The notes beneath the pieces are model-generated. The model worked only from the letters and a program-made list of their open reading frames with translations. It was not told the origin of the DNA and made no database searches. The position numbers and the translations under genes are program-made. This document shows positions 1 to 8,441 of a DNA stretch of 64,000 nucleotides, piece after piece. How positions within the stretch are numbered: position 1 is the first letter of the stretch; every line of letters starts with the position of its first letter. This DNA is from Acidimicrobiales bacterium (GTDB lineage Bacteria > Actinomycetota > Acidimicrobiia > Acidimicrobiales > CADCSY01): NCBI GenBank assembly GCA_035512495.1, contig DATKDW010000047.1:3718-67717 (forward strand). Reading direction: 5' to 3'.

Positions 1-97
1 ACCCGGCGCCAGCGAGGATGCACAGCGGGGCGCCATCGGAGGTGACGGCGTCGACCTGAGCATCGGTGAGCCCGTCGAGCAGCGCAGGGATGTCCAC
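1..97 (-). CDS. UvrD/PcrA-type superfamily-1 DNA helicase, first 32 codons only (gene runs off the left edge)
   Basis: Minus-strand translation from GTG at 97 reads VDIPALLDGLTDAQVDAVTSDGAPLCILAGAG. This is the LLxGLNxxQxxAV...LAGAG(SGKT) N-terminus of UvrD-like helicases. A TACGCT box (105-110, minus) lies 7 nt upstream of the GTG. Not in the ORF track because it is open at the edge. Confidence 0.5.
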   Translation of the reverse strand, partial: MDIPALLDGLTDAQVDAVTSDGAPLCILAGAG

Positions 98-104
98 GCA
101 CCGC

Positions 105-152
105 AGCGTAGGAACGGGGTGTGACAGGGCGGTGGATGGTCGCCGGTAGCGT
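105..152. promoter_or_regulatory. Divergent -10 boxes for leaderless helicase (TACGCT, 105-110, minus) and metallopeptidase (TAGCGT, 147-152, plus)
   Basis: Each hexamer lies 7 nt upstream of a GTG start (97 and 160). Neither start has an SD. Confidence 0.4.
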
Positions 153-159
153 CGGCCCG

Positions 160-498
160 GTGATCGAGGTGACCCCCGAGCGGTTCGAGGAGCTGGTTGC
201 CGATGCCCTCGACACCATCCCCGAGGAGCTCGGGCGGCGGATGGACAACGTCATCGTCCAGGTCCGCGACCAGTCCCGTGTGGGACTCCTCGGCCTGTAC
301 CAGGGGGTGCCGCTGACCGAGCGAGGCGACTACAGCCTGGCGATGCCCGACCGCATCACCGTCTACCGCCTCCCCATCTGCCAGCGCTGCCGGAGCGAGG
401 GGGAGGTGGTCGAGCAGGTGCGCATCACGGTGATCCACGAGGTGGCCCACCACTTCGGGATCGACGACGACCGCCTCGACGAGCTGGGTTGGGCCTGA
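160..498 (+). CDS. Zincin-like metallopeptidase family protein (DUF1025-like)
   Basis: HEVAHHFG (HExxH) near the C-terminus and an N-terminal ERFEELVADALDTIPEEL typical of the family. The track ORF starts at 121, but the in-frame GTG at 160 lies 7 nt after a TAGCGT box (147-152), so 160 is preferred. Confidence 0.7.
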   Translation: MIEVTPERFEELVADALDTIPEELGRRMDNVIVQVRDQSRVGLLGLYQGVPLTERGDYSLAMPDRITVYRLPICQRCRSEGEVVEQVRITVIHEVAHHFGIDDDRLDELGWA

Positions 499-522
499 GG
501 CCGAGCGGTAGCGTCGGACACC

Positions 523-1059
523 GTGGCCCACCTCGCTGTCACCGCCTTCGGGGTGGACCGTCCGGGCATCGTCGCCACCGTCACCGGTGTGCTGGTCGAA
601 CACGGGGGCAACCTCGAGGACACCGCCATGACCATCCTCGGCGGCCACTTCGCCATGATGCTGGTGGTGGAGGTGCCCGATGAGGAGGGCGCCGACGCCC
701 TCGAGGCCGCCCTCGTCGATGCGGTGGCGCCGCTCGGGCTCACCGTCGTGGTGCGGCCAATCGACGACGCCGGCAGCGCCCGGGCCACGGGTTCGCCCTG
801 GGCGGTGTCGGTCTACGGTGCCGATCAGCCCGGCATCGTCCACCGGGTGACGCAGCTGCTCGCCGACCGGGGGGCCAACGTGGCCGACCTCAGCACCCGT
901 GTGGTCGGCCCTGCCGGCGCCCCCGCGTACGTGATGCTCCTCGAGGTCGTCCTCCCCGACGACGTCGACCCCGACGAGCTCGGTGACGAGCTGCGCCGGG
1001 TGGCTGGCGACCTCGGGGTCGAGGTCCACCTCCGGCCCGACGACGCCGACGTCCTCTGA
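523..1059 (+). CDS. Tandem ACT-domain protein (GcvR-like)
   Basis: Two ACT-like repeats: VTAFGVDRPGIVATVTGVLVEHGGNLED and VSVYGADQPGIVHRVTQLLADRGANVADL. The GTG start lies 8 nt after TAGCGT (509-514). Confidence 0.7.
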   Translation: MAHLAVTAFGVDRPGIVATVTGVLVEHGGNLEDTAMTILGGHFAMMLVVEVPDEEGADALEAALVDAVAPLGLTVVVRPIDDAGSARATGSPWAVSVYGADQPGIVHRVTQLLADRGANVADLSTRVVGPAGAPAYVMLLEVVLPDDVDPDELGDELRRVAGDLGVEVHLRPDDADVL

Positions 1060-1076
1060 ACCCGCCCTCGCCCGCC

Positions 1077-1571
1077 GTGCCCCCCGTCCTACAGCTGCCG
1101 CACCCGGTGCTGTCCCGGCCGTGCGTGCCCGTGGGCGAGCTCGACGACGCGGCGCGCCGCCTCGGACGTGACCTCCTCGACGCCATGCGGTCGGCGGACC
1201 ACAGCGTGGGGGTGGCAGCGCCTCAGATCGGGGTGTCTCGCCGGGCGTTCTGCATCGACGTCACCGGACACCGGAAGGCCCGCTCGTGCCACGGCGAGGT
1301 CGTCCTCTTCGACCCCGTGGTGGTGTCGTCGTCCGGTGTGGAGGTGGGCCGCGAGGGGTGCATGAGCGTCCCCGACCTCACCGGCGACGTCCCCCGGGCC
1401 ACCGAGATCGTGGTGCGCGGCGTCGACCTCGCCGGCCGGGAGCGCACCCTCACCTGCGACGCGTTCGAGGCCAGGGCGGTGCAACACGAGCTCGACCACC
1501 TCGACGGTCTGCTCTTCCTGGACCGTGTCGTCTCCGACGACCGCGTCTTCCGGCGGCGCGTCTACCGCTGA
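1077..1571 (+). CDS. def: Peptide deformylase
   Basis: All three deformylase motifs are present: GVAAPQIG, EGCMSVP and HELDHLDG. Confidence 0.92.
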   Translation: MPPVLQLPHPVLSRPCVPVGELDDAARRLGRDLLDAMRSADHSVGVAAPQIGVSRRAFCIDVTGHRKARSCHGEVVLFDPVVVSSSGVEVGREGCMSVPDLTGDVPRATEIVVRGVDLAGRERTLTCDAFEARAVQHELDHLDGLLFLDRVVSDDRVFRRRVYR

Positions 1572-1603
1572 GCCCCGAGCGGCGCGGGGTACGCTCCGCG
1601 GCC

Positions 1604-2209
1604 GTGGCGTTCCCGCGCAAGCTGCTCCACGACGACGAGCAGGTCGCGGCCGACCTCCGTCCGCACTGGTGGTCCCTGGCCGGGCCGACGGCGACGCTGG
1701 TGCTCGCGCTCGTGGCGCTCGTCGCCCTGTCCGCCAACCGGGCGCCCGACTGGGCGACCGTGGGGGCCGGCGCGGTGACGGTCGTGGCTCTGGCCTGGTT
1801 CGTCGGCCGCTACGCCCGTTGGGCCACCACGAGCTTTGTGGTGACCACCGACCGACTGATCTCCCGTGAGGGCGTGCTGGCCAAGCGCGGGATCGAGATC
1901 CCCCTCGAGCGGGTCAACACCGTGTTCTTCGACCAGAGCCTCTTCGAGCGCGTGCTGCGCTATGGCGACCTCGTGATCGAGTCGGCGGGGGAGGGGGGGA
2001 GGCAGCACTTCACCGACATCCCTCGGCCCTCGGCGATCCAGAACGAGATCTACCGCCGGATCGAGGACAACCAGCGTCGCCTGTCGGGTGGCCACCGCCC
2101 GGGGTCGGTGGCCGAGGAGCTCGACCGCCTCGACGGCCTGCGCCGGCGGGGCGTCCTCACGGAGGAGGAGTTCTCGGTGCAGAAGGCCCGCTTGCTCGGC
2201 CGCCGCTGA
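1604..2209 (+). CDS. Membrane protein with bacterial PH domain (bPH_2) and C-terminal SHOCT domain
   Basis: Two TM helices, then TSFVVTTDRLISREGVLAKRGIEIPLERVNTVFFDQSLFERVLRYGDLVIES (bPH_2-like). The C-terminal EELDRLDGLRRRGVLTEEEFSVQKARLLG is SHOCT-like. GTG 1604 lies 8 nt after TACGCT (1590-1595). The track ORF from 1286 is an Arg/Pro-rich read-through overlapping def. Confidence 0.7.
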   Translation: MAFPRKLLHDDEQVAADLRPHWWSLAGPTATLVLALVALVALSANRAPDWATVGAGAVTVVALAWFVGRYARWATTSFVVTTDRLISREGVLAKRGIEIPLERVNTVFFDQSLFERVLRYGDLVIESAGEGGRQHFTDIPRPSAIQNEIYRRIEDNQRRLSGGHRPGSVAEELDRLDGLRRRGVLTEEEFSVQKARLLGRR

Positions 2210-2277
2210 GCCCGGACGCGCCGACGGGCCGGGTGGGACCCGGTCCGCCGAGGCTGGTTCGCGTGGTGGTGCGCCCG

Positions 2278-2499
2278 CTAGAGCCGGCGGTCCTCCCGGA
2301 CCACGGTCTCCTCGGTGCGCCCAGAGCCGTAGGGCGAGAAGCTGCTCCAGAAGAGCATGGAGAGCAGGAGCCCGATGGCGCCGACGATCATGAGGATGAC
2401 CCCCACGGTGTTGAGGTCGATGCCCTCGGCCGTCACCGAGATGGCGAAGGTCAGGATCGCCCCCAGTGCCAAGAGGAAAACGCTCACTCCGATACCCAT
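2278..2499 (-). CDS. Small membrane protein (DUF6458-like)
   Basis: 73 aa with two hydrophobic helices (MGIGVSVFLLALGAILTFA..., VGVILMIVGAIGLLLSMLFW). A strong SD, GAGGAGG, lies 8 nt upstream of the ATG. Confidence 0.6.
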   Translation of the reverse strand: MGIGVSVFLLALGAILTFAISVTAEGIDLNTVGVILMIVGAIGLLLSMLFWSSFSPYGSGRTEETVVREDRRL

Positions 2500-2631
2500 G
2501 CCGACTACCTCCTCGGCGGGACGACGTCAGTCGTGCCGCCATGTCGCGTTGGATTGCTGCCTACCCGGGATCGCGCGCAGCGCAAACGTCGGTCGCGGCG
2601 ACGGTGACGCTCCGCGCGGGGCGTCGTCGGA

Positions 2632-3153
2632 TCAGGCGGGGCCCAGGGGCTTCTCGAAGCACCGACTGGACGAGGAGCCGGCGTAGTACCCGTACGGGTC
2701 GATGGGCTCGTAGCCGGCGGAGGCATACAGGCGAATGGCCTCCGGTTGGCCCGTGCCCGTCTCGAGCCGCACCGCCCGGTAGCCGAGGCGCCGGGCCTCG
2801 TCCTCGAGGGCGGCGAGCAGCGCCCGGGCCACGCCGGTCCCGCGGGCGGCCGGTGCGGTCCACATCCGCTTGATCTCCCCGGTCGTCGGACCGTGGCGGC
2901 GCAGGCCGGCGCACCCCACGGCGGCGCCGTCGACCCAGGCCACGAGGTAGGTGCCGGCGGGTGGCGCCAGGTCACCGGGTGCGATCTCGGCGTGGTAGTC
3001 GTGGCTCGCCTCGATGGCGGCGTCGTCGTCGCCGATGTCCGCGTAGCGCTCCTCGAGCTCGTCGGCCAGCTCGTGCACGAGGCGCTGGCCGAGCGGCCCG
3101 TGGTAGTCCTCCCGGGTGATCTGCAGGCCGGTGCGAACACCGTGGCGGTCCAT
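2632..3153 (-). CDS. GNAT family N-acetyltransferase
   Basis: Acetyl-CoA binding motif A: IKRMWTAPAARGTGVARALLAALEDEARRLGY. A TAGGGT box (3160-3165, minus) lies 6 nt upstream of the ATG. Confidence 0.85.
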   Translation of the reverse strand: MDRHGVRTGLQITREDYHGPLGQRLVHELADELEERYADIGDDDAAIEASHDYHAEIAPGDLAPPAGTYLVAWVDGAAVGCAGLRRHGPTTGEIKRMWTAPAARGTGVARALLAALEDEARRLGYRAVRLETGTGQPEAIRLYASAGYEPIDPYGYYAGSSSSRCFEKPLGPA

Positions 3154-3203
3154 GGCCGAACCCTACGTCCGGTCGGTGGCAGCCCAGGGGGTCGACGGCA
3201 CCC

Positions 3204-3237
3204 GTACTTGACCGCTCGGTCAAGTACCGGCGAGCAT
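3204..3237 (+). promoter_or_regulatory. Perfect 24-bp palindrome (operator candidate) overlapping the -35/-10 of the hydrolase-mcr operon
   Basis: GTACTTGACC-gctc-GGTCAAGTAC spans 3204-3227. TTGACC (3208-3213) is a -35, followed by an 18-nt spacer and GAGCAT (3232-3237). ATG 3244 is 6 nt further on. Confidence 0.5.
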
Positions 3238-3243
3238 GCGGAC

Positions 3244-4131
3244 ATGTCGACCGCAGAGGTGCAAGACGGGATCGAGCTGGAGTACGAGACGTTCGGCGAT
3301 GCTGCCGGCGATCCGCTGCTCCTCGTCATGGGACTGGGGGCCCAGATGGTCGCCTGGGACGCCGCGTTCTGCCAGCGGTTCGCCGACGAGGGGTTCTTCG
3401 TGGTGCGCTACGACAACCGCGACGTGGGCCGCTCCACCAAGATCGAGAGCGACGAACCCCTCGACGTGCCCGGCGCCCTCGTCGCCGCCTTCACCGGCGG
3501 CGAGGTGAAGGCGCCCTACCTGGTGCAGGACATGGCCGACGACGCCTTCGGCCTGCTCGACGCCCTCGGCATCGGGAGCGCCCACGTGGTGGGCGCGTCC
3601 ATGGGCGGGATGATCGTCCAGGCCATGGCCATCAGCCGGCCAGAGCGGCTCCGCAGCGTCACGTCGATCATGTCGACGACCGGCGACCCCGCAGTGGGCG
3701 GCGCCAGCGAGGAGGCCATGGCCCTCCTGGTGCGCCCGCCGGCCCAGAGCCGAGAGCAGTACCTCGAGGCCACGGTGGCGGCCGAGCAGCTGCTCAACGG
3801 CCCGACCATCCCCTTCGACGCCGAGCGCTCCCGCCGCCGCGCCGAGGTCCAGTGGGACCGCGGCTACTACCCGGTGGGCGTGGGCCGCCAGCTCATCGCC
3901 ATCCTCGCCTCCGGTGACCGCACCGAGGGGCTCGGGTCGGTCGCCGTGCCGTTCCTCGTGATCCACGGCGACGCCGACCCGCTCGTCGGCTACACGGGCG
4001 GTGAGGCCACTGCCAAGGCCGTTCCCGGCGCCGAGCTGATGACCATCGAGGGCATGGGCCACAACCTGCCGGTGCCGGCATGGGACGAGATCGTCCCCGC
4101 CGTCATCGCCCACGCCCGGAAGGCCGCCTGA
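3244..4131 (+). CDS. Alpha/beta hydrolase
   Basis: Nucleophile elbow [11 protein letters not shown] (GxSxG) and an N-terminal LLLVMGLG oxyanion region, with IHGDADP and GMGHN near the C-terminus. The ATG at 3244 is in frame with track ORF 2746. Confidence 0.85.
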   Translation: MSTAEVQDGIELEYETFGDAAGDPLLLVMGLGAQMVAWDAAFCQRFADEGFFVVRYDNRDVGRSTKIESDEPLDVPGALVAAFTGGEVKAPYLVQDMADDAFGLLDALGIGSAHVVGASMGGMIVQAMAISRPERLRSVTSIMSTTGDPAVGGASEEAMALLVRPPAQSREQYLEATVAAEQLLNGPTIPFDAERSRRRAEVQWDRGYYPVGVGRQLIAILASGDRTEGLGSVAVPFLVIHGDADPLVGYTGGEATAKAVPGAELMTIEGMGHNLPVPAWDEIVPAVIAHARKAA

Positions 4132-4132
4132 C

Positions 4133-5278
4133 GTGGCCGGGCCGCTGCAGGGCATCCGCATCATCGAGATCGCCGGGATCGGGCCGGGACCGTTCGCGGC
4201 GATGATGCTCGCCGACATGGGTGCCGACGTGATCCGCGTCGACCGGGCCCAGGCGGTGACCGGCGGCGACCCGGCCACCCCTCCGGCGGACGTCCTCAAC
4301 CGCGGGCGGCGCTCGATCGGGGTCGACCTCAAGCACCCGGACGGCGTCGAGGCCGTGCTGCGCCTCGTCGAGTCGGCCGATGCCCTCATCGAGGGCTTCC
4401 GGCCCGGTGTGACCGAGCGCCTCGGGATCGGCCCCGACGACTGCCTGGCTCGCAACCCCAGGCTCGTCTATGGCCGCATGACCGGCTGGGGTCAGGATGG
4501 CCCATACGCCTCGGCCGCCGGCCACGACATCAACTACATCGCCCTCGCCGGCGCGCTCGAGCCCATCGGCCGCGCCGGACAGCCCCCCACCCCACCGCTC
4601 AACCTGGTGGGCGACTTCGGTGGCGGTGGCCTCATGCTCGCCTTCGGCATCGCCTGCGGCCTCCTCGAGTCGAGGGCCTCGGGGGAGGGCCAGGTCGTCG
4701 ACGCCGCCATGGTCGACGGTGCCGCCACGCTCATGACCATGTTCTACGGCTTCAAGGCCATGGGGTTCTGGGAGCCGGAGCGAGGCACCAACATGCTCGA
4801 CACCGGCGCCCCCTTCTACGACGTCTACGAGTGCAGCGACGGCCGCTACGTCTCCATCGGCTCCATCGAGCCGCAGTTCTACGCCGAGCTCCGGCGTCTC
4901 GCCGGCCTCGACGACGACGCCTGGTCGGCGCAGATGGACCGCTCGCAGTGGCCGGCGCTCAAGGAGCGGATGGCCGAGGTCTTCCGCACCAAGAGCCGCG
5001 ACGAGTGGTGCGCGCTGATGGAGCACACCGACGTCTGCTTCGCCCCTGTCCTGTCGCTCGACGAGGCCCACCGCCACCCCCACAACGTGGCGCGGGGCAC
5101 CTTCACCGAGCGCGAGGGCGTGGTGCAGCCGTCACCGGCGCCCCGCTTCAGCCGCACCGCACCCGAGATCCAGCGCCCGCCGTCCCACCCGGGCCAGCAC
5201 AGCGATGAGGTCCTGGCCGAGTGGGGATTCAGCGAGGGCGACATCACCAAGCTCCGCGAGGCCGGCGCCGTCCGCTGA
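4133..5278 (+). CDS. mcr: Alpha-methylacyl-CoA racemase (family III CoA-transferase fold)
   Basis: [79 protein letters not shown] and PAPRFSRT closely follow the Mycobacterium Mcr sequence as I remember it. The gene starts 2 nt after the hydrolase stop. Confidence 0.8.
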   Translation: MAGPLQGIRIIEIAGIGPGPFAAMMLADMGADVIRVDRAQAVTGGDPATPPADVLNRGRRSIGVDLKHPDGVEAVLRLVESADALIEGFRPGVTERLGIGPDDCLARNPRLVYGRMTGWGQDGPYASAAGHDINYIALAGALEPIGRAGQPPTPPLNLVGDFGGGGLMLAFGIACGLLESRASGEGQVVDAAMVDGAATLMTMFYGFKAMGFWEPERGTNMLDTGAPFYDVYECSDGRYVSIGSIEPQFYAELRRLAGLDDDAWSAQMDRSQWPALKERMAEVFRTKSRDEWCALMEHTDVCFAPVLSLDEAHRHPHNVARGTFTEREGVVQPSPAPRFSRTAPEIQRPPSHPGQHSDEVLAEWGFSEGDITKLREAGAVR

Positions 5279-5297
5279 CTCGGCCAGACTGTTCGCC

Positions 5298-6095
5298 ATG
5301 GCAACGCTGGTCTGCTTCCACGCCCACCCCGACGACGAGGCCATCAGCACCGGTGGCACCATGGCGGCCGCCGTCGCCGACGGCCACCGGGTGGTCCTGG
5401 TGTGCGCGACCCGGGGCGAGCTGGGCGAGGTGGCCGACGGCGTCCTCCGCCCGGGTGAGTCGCTGGCCGATCGCCGGACCATCGAGACTGAGGCAGCGGC
5501 CCTGATCCTCGGCGTCGACCGGGTGGCGTTCCTCGGCTACAGCGACTCGGGGATGATCGGGCTCCCCACCAACGACGAAGCCGGGTGCTTCTGGCAGGCC
5601 GACGTCGAGGAGGCAGCGGCGCGCCTCGCGGCGATCCTCACCGAGGAGGACGCCGACGTGCTCACCGTCTACGACGACCACGGCGGCTACGGCCACCCCG
5701 ACCACATCCAGGTCCATCGGGTGGGCGTGCGCGCCGCCGAGCTGGCCGGCACGGGCCGCGTCTACGAGGCCACCATGAACCGTGACCACTTCCGGGCGCT
5801 GGTCGAGCGGGCCCGGGAGGACACCCGGATGGCCCTCCCCGACGACGTGCCCGATGTCAGCGAGATGGGCACCCCGGAGGCACAGCTCACCACCTGCGTC
5901 GACGTCAGCGCCCAGCTCGCCTCGAAGCGCATGGCCATGCGGGCCCACGCCAGCCAGATCGCCGAGACGTCGTTCTTCCTGGCCATGCCCGAGGACGCGT
6001 TCGCCGAGTCGTTCGGCACGGAGTGGTTCGTCCGCCGCGGCGTGCCGACTCCGGTCGAGACCGTGGAGACCTCGCTCTTCGAGAGCCTCGACTGA
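5298..6095 (+). CDS. PIG-L (LmbE-like) family deacetylase
   Basis: N-terminal signature VCFHAHPDDEAISTGGTMA, and GHPDHIQVH further on. Confidence 0.8.
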   Translation: MATLVCFHAHPDDEAISTGGTMAAAVADGHRVVLVCATRGELGEVADGVLRPGESLADRRTIETEAAALILGVDRVAFLGYSDSGMIGLPTNDEAGCFWQADVEEAAARLAAILTEEDADVLTVYDDHGGYGHPDHIQVHRVGVRAAELAGTGRVYEATMNRDHFRALVERAREDTRMALPDDVPDVSEMGTPEAQLTTCVDVSAQLASKRMAMRAHASQIAETSFFLAMPEDAFAESFGTEWFVRRGVPTPVETVETSLFESLD

Positions 6096-6181
6096 CGGAG
6101 CAGAGCCCAGGGCTGCTGGGTAGGGTTGATACCACTGTCAGCCATGTTCGCCAGGACTCGGCGTCGAAGGAGTGGTCGCAC

Positions 6182-7003
6182 GTGAAGCAGATCCTGCCGG
6201 TGGAGGAGCTCGCTCGGGACGAGCGCTTCGAGCGCACCAAGATCGAGGAGCGGATCTTCGATCCCCGCAACGCCAACGTGCCCCGAGCCAAGCGCAGCGG
6301 CCTGTCGCCCGAGGAGCCCGACGCCCCCGATGCCGCCAGGGCGCTGATGCACGGCATCTTCGTGGGCGAGATCCAGGCCCTCGAGGTCGCCGGGCGCACT
6401 TGCTGGGACTTCCCCACCGGTGAGGGGCGCGACGAAGCACCGTTCCAGCTCAAGCTCGACATGGCCCGCCAGTCGTGGGACGAGGCCCGCCACGTCGAGA
6501 TCGCCATCAAGCTCAACGAGCACATGGGCACCGAGGTGGGTGAGTTCGCCGAGCAGACGATGCTCTACGAGGCCGGCTGCAACATCGACCCCGTGCTGCG
6601 CCTGACCGGCGTCAACCGCGCCCTCGAGGGCCTTGCCATCGACGTGTTCAACACGATGCGGGAGTTCGGGGAGACCACCACCGACCCGGTGCTGTACTTC
6701 TGCGAGGACTGGATGCTGGCCGACGAGGTGACCCACGTGAAGATGGGGTCCGACTGGCTGCGTCGCATCACCGCCAACGACCCCGAGCGCCAGAAGGGCG
6801 CCCTCGAGTTCCAGCGGGCGGTCGACAAGCTCTTCAGCTTCGGCGGTTTCCGAGGTGAGGACGAGGACAGCCCGGTGCACCTGGCGCGGCGCTTCCGACA
6901 GCTCGCCGGGTTCTCTGAGGGGGAGATCGACGACCTCGTCGAGGTCTCGGCCGAGGCCTCCCGCGAGGCGCGCGCTGCTGCCGCGGCCGCCGTCCCCGCC
7001 TAG
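6182..7003 (+). CDS. Ferritin-like DUF455 family protein
   Basis: Helical protein with di-iron-type acidic/His pairs (GEIQALEV, WDEARHVEI, ALEGLAIDV, EDWMLADEVTHVKMG). GTG 6182 has an AAGGAG SD 9 nt upstream. A TAGGGT box lies at 6121-6126. Confidence 0.6.
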   Translation: MKQILPVEELARDERFERTKIEERIFDPRNANVPRAKRSGLSPEEPDAPDAARALMHGIFVGEIQALEVAGRTCWDFPTGEGRDEAPFQLKLDMARQSWDEARHVEIAIKLNEHMGTEVGEFAEQTMLYEAGCNIDPVLRLTGVNRALEGLAIDVFNTMREFGETTTDPVLYFCEDWMLADEVTHVKMGSDWLRRITANDPERQKGALEFQRAVDKLFSFGGFRGEDEDSPVHLARRFRQLAGFSEGEIDDLVEVSAEASREARAAAAAAVPA

Positions 7004-7053
7004 CCACTCCACGTCCCCTGGACCTCCTCGAGCTCCACGTCGCCTGGGCGTGG

Positions 7054-7386
7054 GTGGTGGTCGTCGGCAACGGCATCGCCGGCGGATGGGCGCTGGCCGC
7101 CCACGGCGTCGAGACCCTGCGGGGCCGCGCCCTGTGGTGGTTCACCGCGGCCGCGCAGCTCGCCATCGTCGCCCAGGTGGTGGTCGGCGTGGTGCTGGTC
7201 GCGGGCGAGGGGCGCACCGTCGAGCAGCTGCACCAGCTCTACGGGTTCGTCGCCCTCATCGGGGTGGGGATCCTCTACTCCTACCGGGCCCAGCTCCGCG
7301 GCCAGGTGTACCTGCTCTACGGCTTCGGCGGCCTGTTCCTCATGGGCCTCGCCATCCGGGCCATGATCCTCCACGGTCCCGCCTGA
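7054..7386 (+). CDS. Hypothetical integral membrane protein
   Basis: Three to four hydrophobic helices and GC3-rich codons. The frame is open from about 7004, so the true start may be upstream (for example CTG 7018), because GTG 7054 cuts the first helix. Confidence 0.5.
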   Translation: MVVVGNGIAGGWALAAHGVETLRGRALWWFTAAAQLAIVAQVVVGVVLVAGEGRTVEQLHQLYGFVALIGVGILYSYRAQLRGQVYLLYGFGGLFLMGLAIRAMILHGPA

Positions 7387-7405
7387 CGCAGGCGACCGCC
7401 CGAAC

Positions 7406-7642
7406 CTAGAGGTGCACCACCGTGCAGGTCAGGGTCCGGGTGATGCCGTCGATCATCTGGACGCGGCTCACGACCATCTTGCCGAGGTCGTCGACCGTCC
7501 CGGACTCGGCCCTGGCGATGACGTCGTAGGGGCCGGTGACGTCCTCGGACGACACGACGCCGTCGATGTCACCGACCTCCACGGCAACCTGGGCGGCCTT
7601 GCCGACCTCGGTCTGGATCAGGATGTACGCGCTGACGGCCAT
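7406..7642 (-). CDS. Lrp/AsnC ligand-binding-domain-only protein
   Basis: 78 aa: MAVSAYILIQTEVGKAAQVAVEVGDIDGVVSSEDVTGPYDVIARAE...RTLTCTVV, an AsnC_trans_reg fold without an HTH. SD GAGGAGG lies 8 nt upstream. It forms the C-terminal part of track ORF 7406..8545. Confidence 0.75.
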   Translation of the reverse strand: MAVSAYILIQTEVGKAAQVAVEVGDIDGVVSSEDVTGPYDVIARAESGTVDDLGKMVVSRVQMIDGITRTLTCTVVHL

Positions 7643-7670
7643 TGGGTGAGCCTCCTCGTCGGGTTGGAGG

Positions 7671-7699
7671 ATCGTAGGCCGTCGGCGTCGGTCTAGCGT
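7671..7699. promoter_or_regulatory. Divergent -10 boxes (TACGAT minus 7671-7676; TAGCGT plus 7694-7699)
   Basis: TAGCGT lies 7 nt upstream of ATG 7707 (leaderless). TACGAT on the minus strand lies upstream of the SD-bearing Lrp-like gene. Confidence 0.35.
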
Positions 7700-7706
7700 C
7701 CGGCCC

Positions 7707-8396
7707 ATGGAGGTGGTGGCAGGCCTGGTCGCCGTGGCCCTCGCCGTGGCCCTCGCCGTGCTGCTCGTCCGTGAGCACCTCGGCGCCCGCGCCGCGGGTC
7801 GGCGGTCCGACGCCATGGTGGCAGCGCTGCGGTCGGAGCTCGCCGACGCCGAGGAGCATGTCGAGCAAGCCCGGGACGGGCTGCGGGTCGCGGAGCGGGC
7901 GGCAACGGAGGCGAGCGAGCGAGCAAGCGTCGCCGAGGACGTGGCCACCTCGCTCTGGCTGCTCGAGGTGGAGCGGGCCGAGCGGGCCTGGCGCGAGTCC
8001 GTCGTGCCACTCGAGGACGCCGATGCGGCGCGCTCGACGGGAGCGCAGCTCGAGGTCGCCGTGCGCTGGGAGCTCGACCGCCTGCGCGAGGAGGCGGGGG
8101 TCCCCACCGCGGTCCGGGGCACGCTCGGAGCGGCGCTGCCAGCCGCCACCGCCCTCGTGGCCCTGCGGGCCACGCAGGAGGTGCTCGCCGCGGTCACCCG
8201 CTGCTGCGACGAGGTCGACGTCGAGCTCGCCGACAACCCCCAGGACGGGCTGACGATCGTGGTCACCGGCGGGGGCCAGGTCGCCCCCTTTGAGCTGCCG
8301 GCGGGAGTGGCCGGGGCGGTGGCGACGAGGTGCGGGACCCTCGTCGAGCGCGCCGGTGAGGAGGGATCGGTGGTCGTCGAGCTGCGGATGTCCTGA
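7707..8396 (+). CDS. Membrane-anchored coiled-coil protein with degenerate histidine-kinase-like C-terminus (hypothetical)
   Basis: N-terminal TM helix and an Ala/Glu/Arg-rich coiled coil. The C-terminal LRATQEVLAAVTRCCDEVDVELADNPQDGLTIVVTGGG...GTLVERAGEEGSVVVELRM parallels the HisKA_3-type kinase layout but lacks the key residues. The ATG lies 7 nt after TAGCGT. Confidence 0.55.
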   Translation: MEVVAGLVAVALAVALAVLLVREHLGARAAGRRSDAMVAALRSELADAEEHVEQARDGLRVAERAATEASERASVAEDVATSLWLLEVERAERAWRESVVPLEDADAARSTGAQLEVAVRWELDRLREEAGVPTAVRGTLGAALPAATALVALRATQEVLAAVTRCCDEVDVELADNPQDGLTIVVTGGGQVAPFELPAGVAGAVATRCGTLVERAGEEGSVVVELRMS

Positions 8397-8428
8397 CGCC
8401 CCGCGTCGGCGGCCCGGCGGTGCGCCGG

Positions 8429-8434
8429 TAGCGT
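8429..8434 (+). promoter_or_regulatory. -10 box TAGCGT for leaderless moxR
   Basis: GGTAGCGT followed by 7 nt, then GTG 8442. No SD. Confidence 0.4.
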
Positions 8435-8441
8435 TGCGGCG

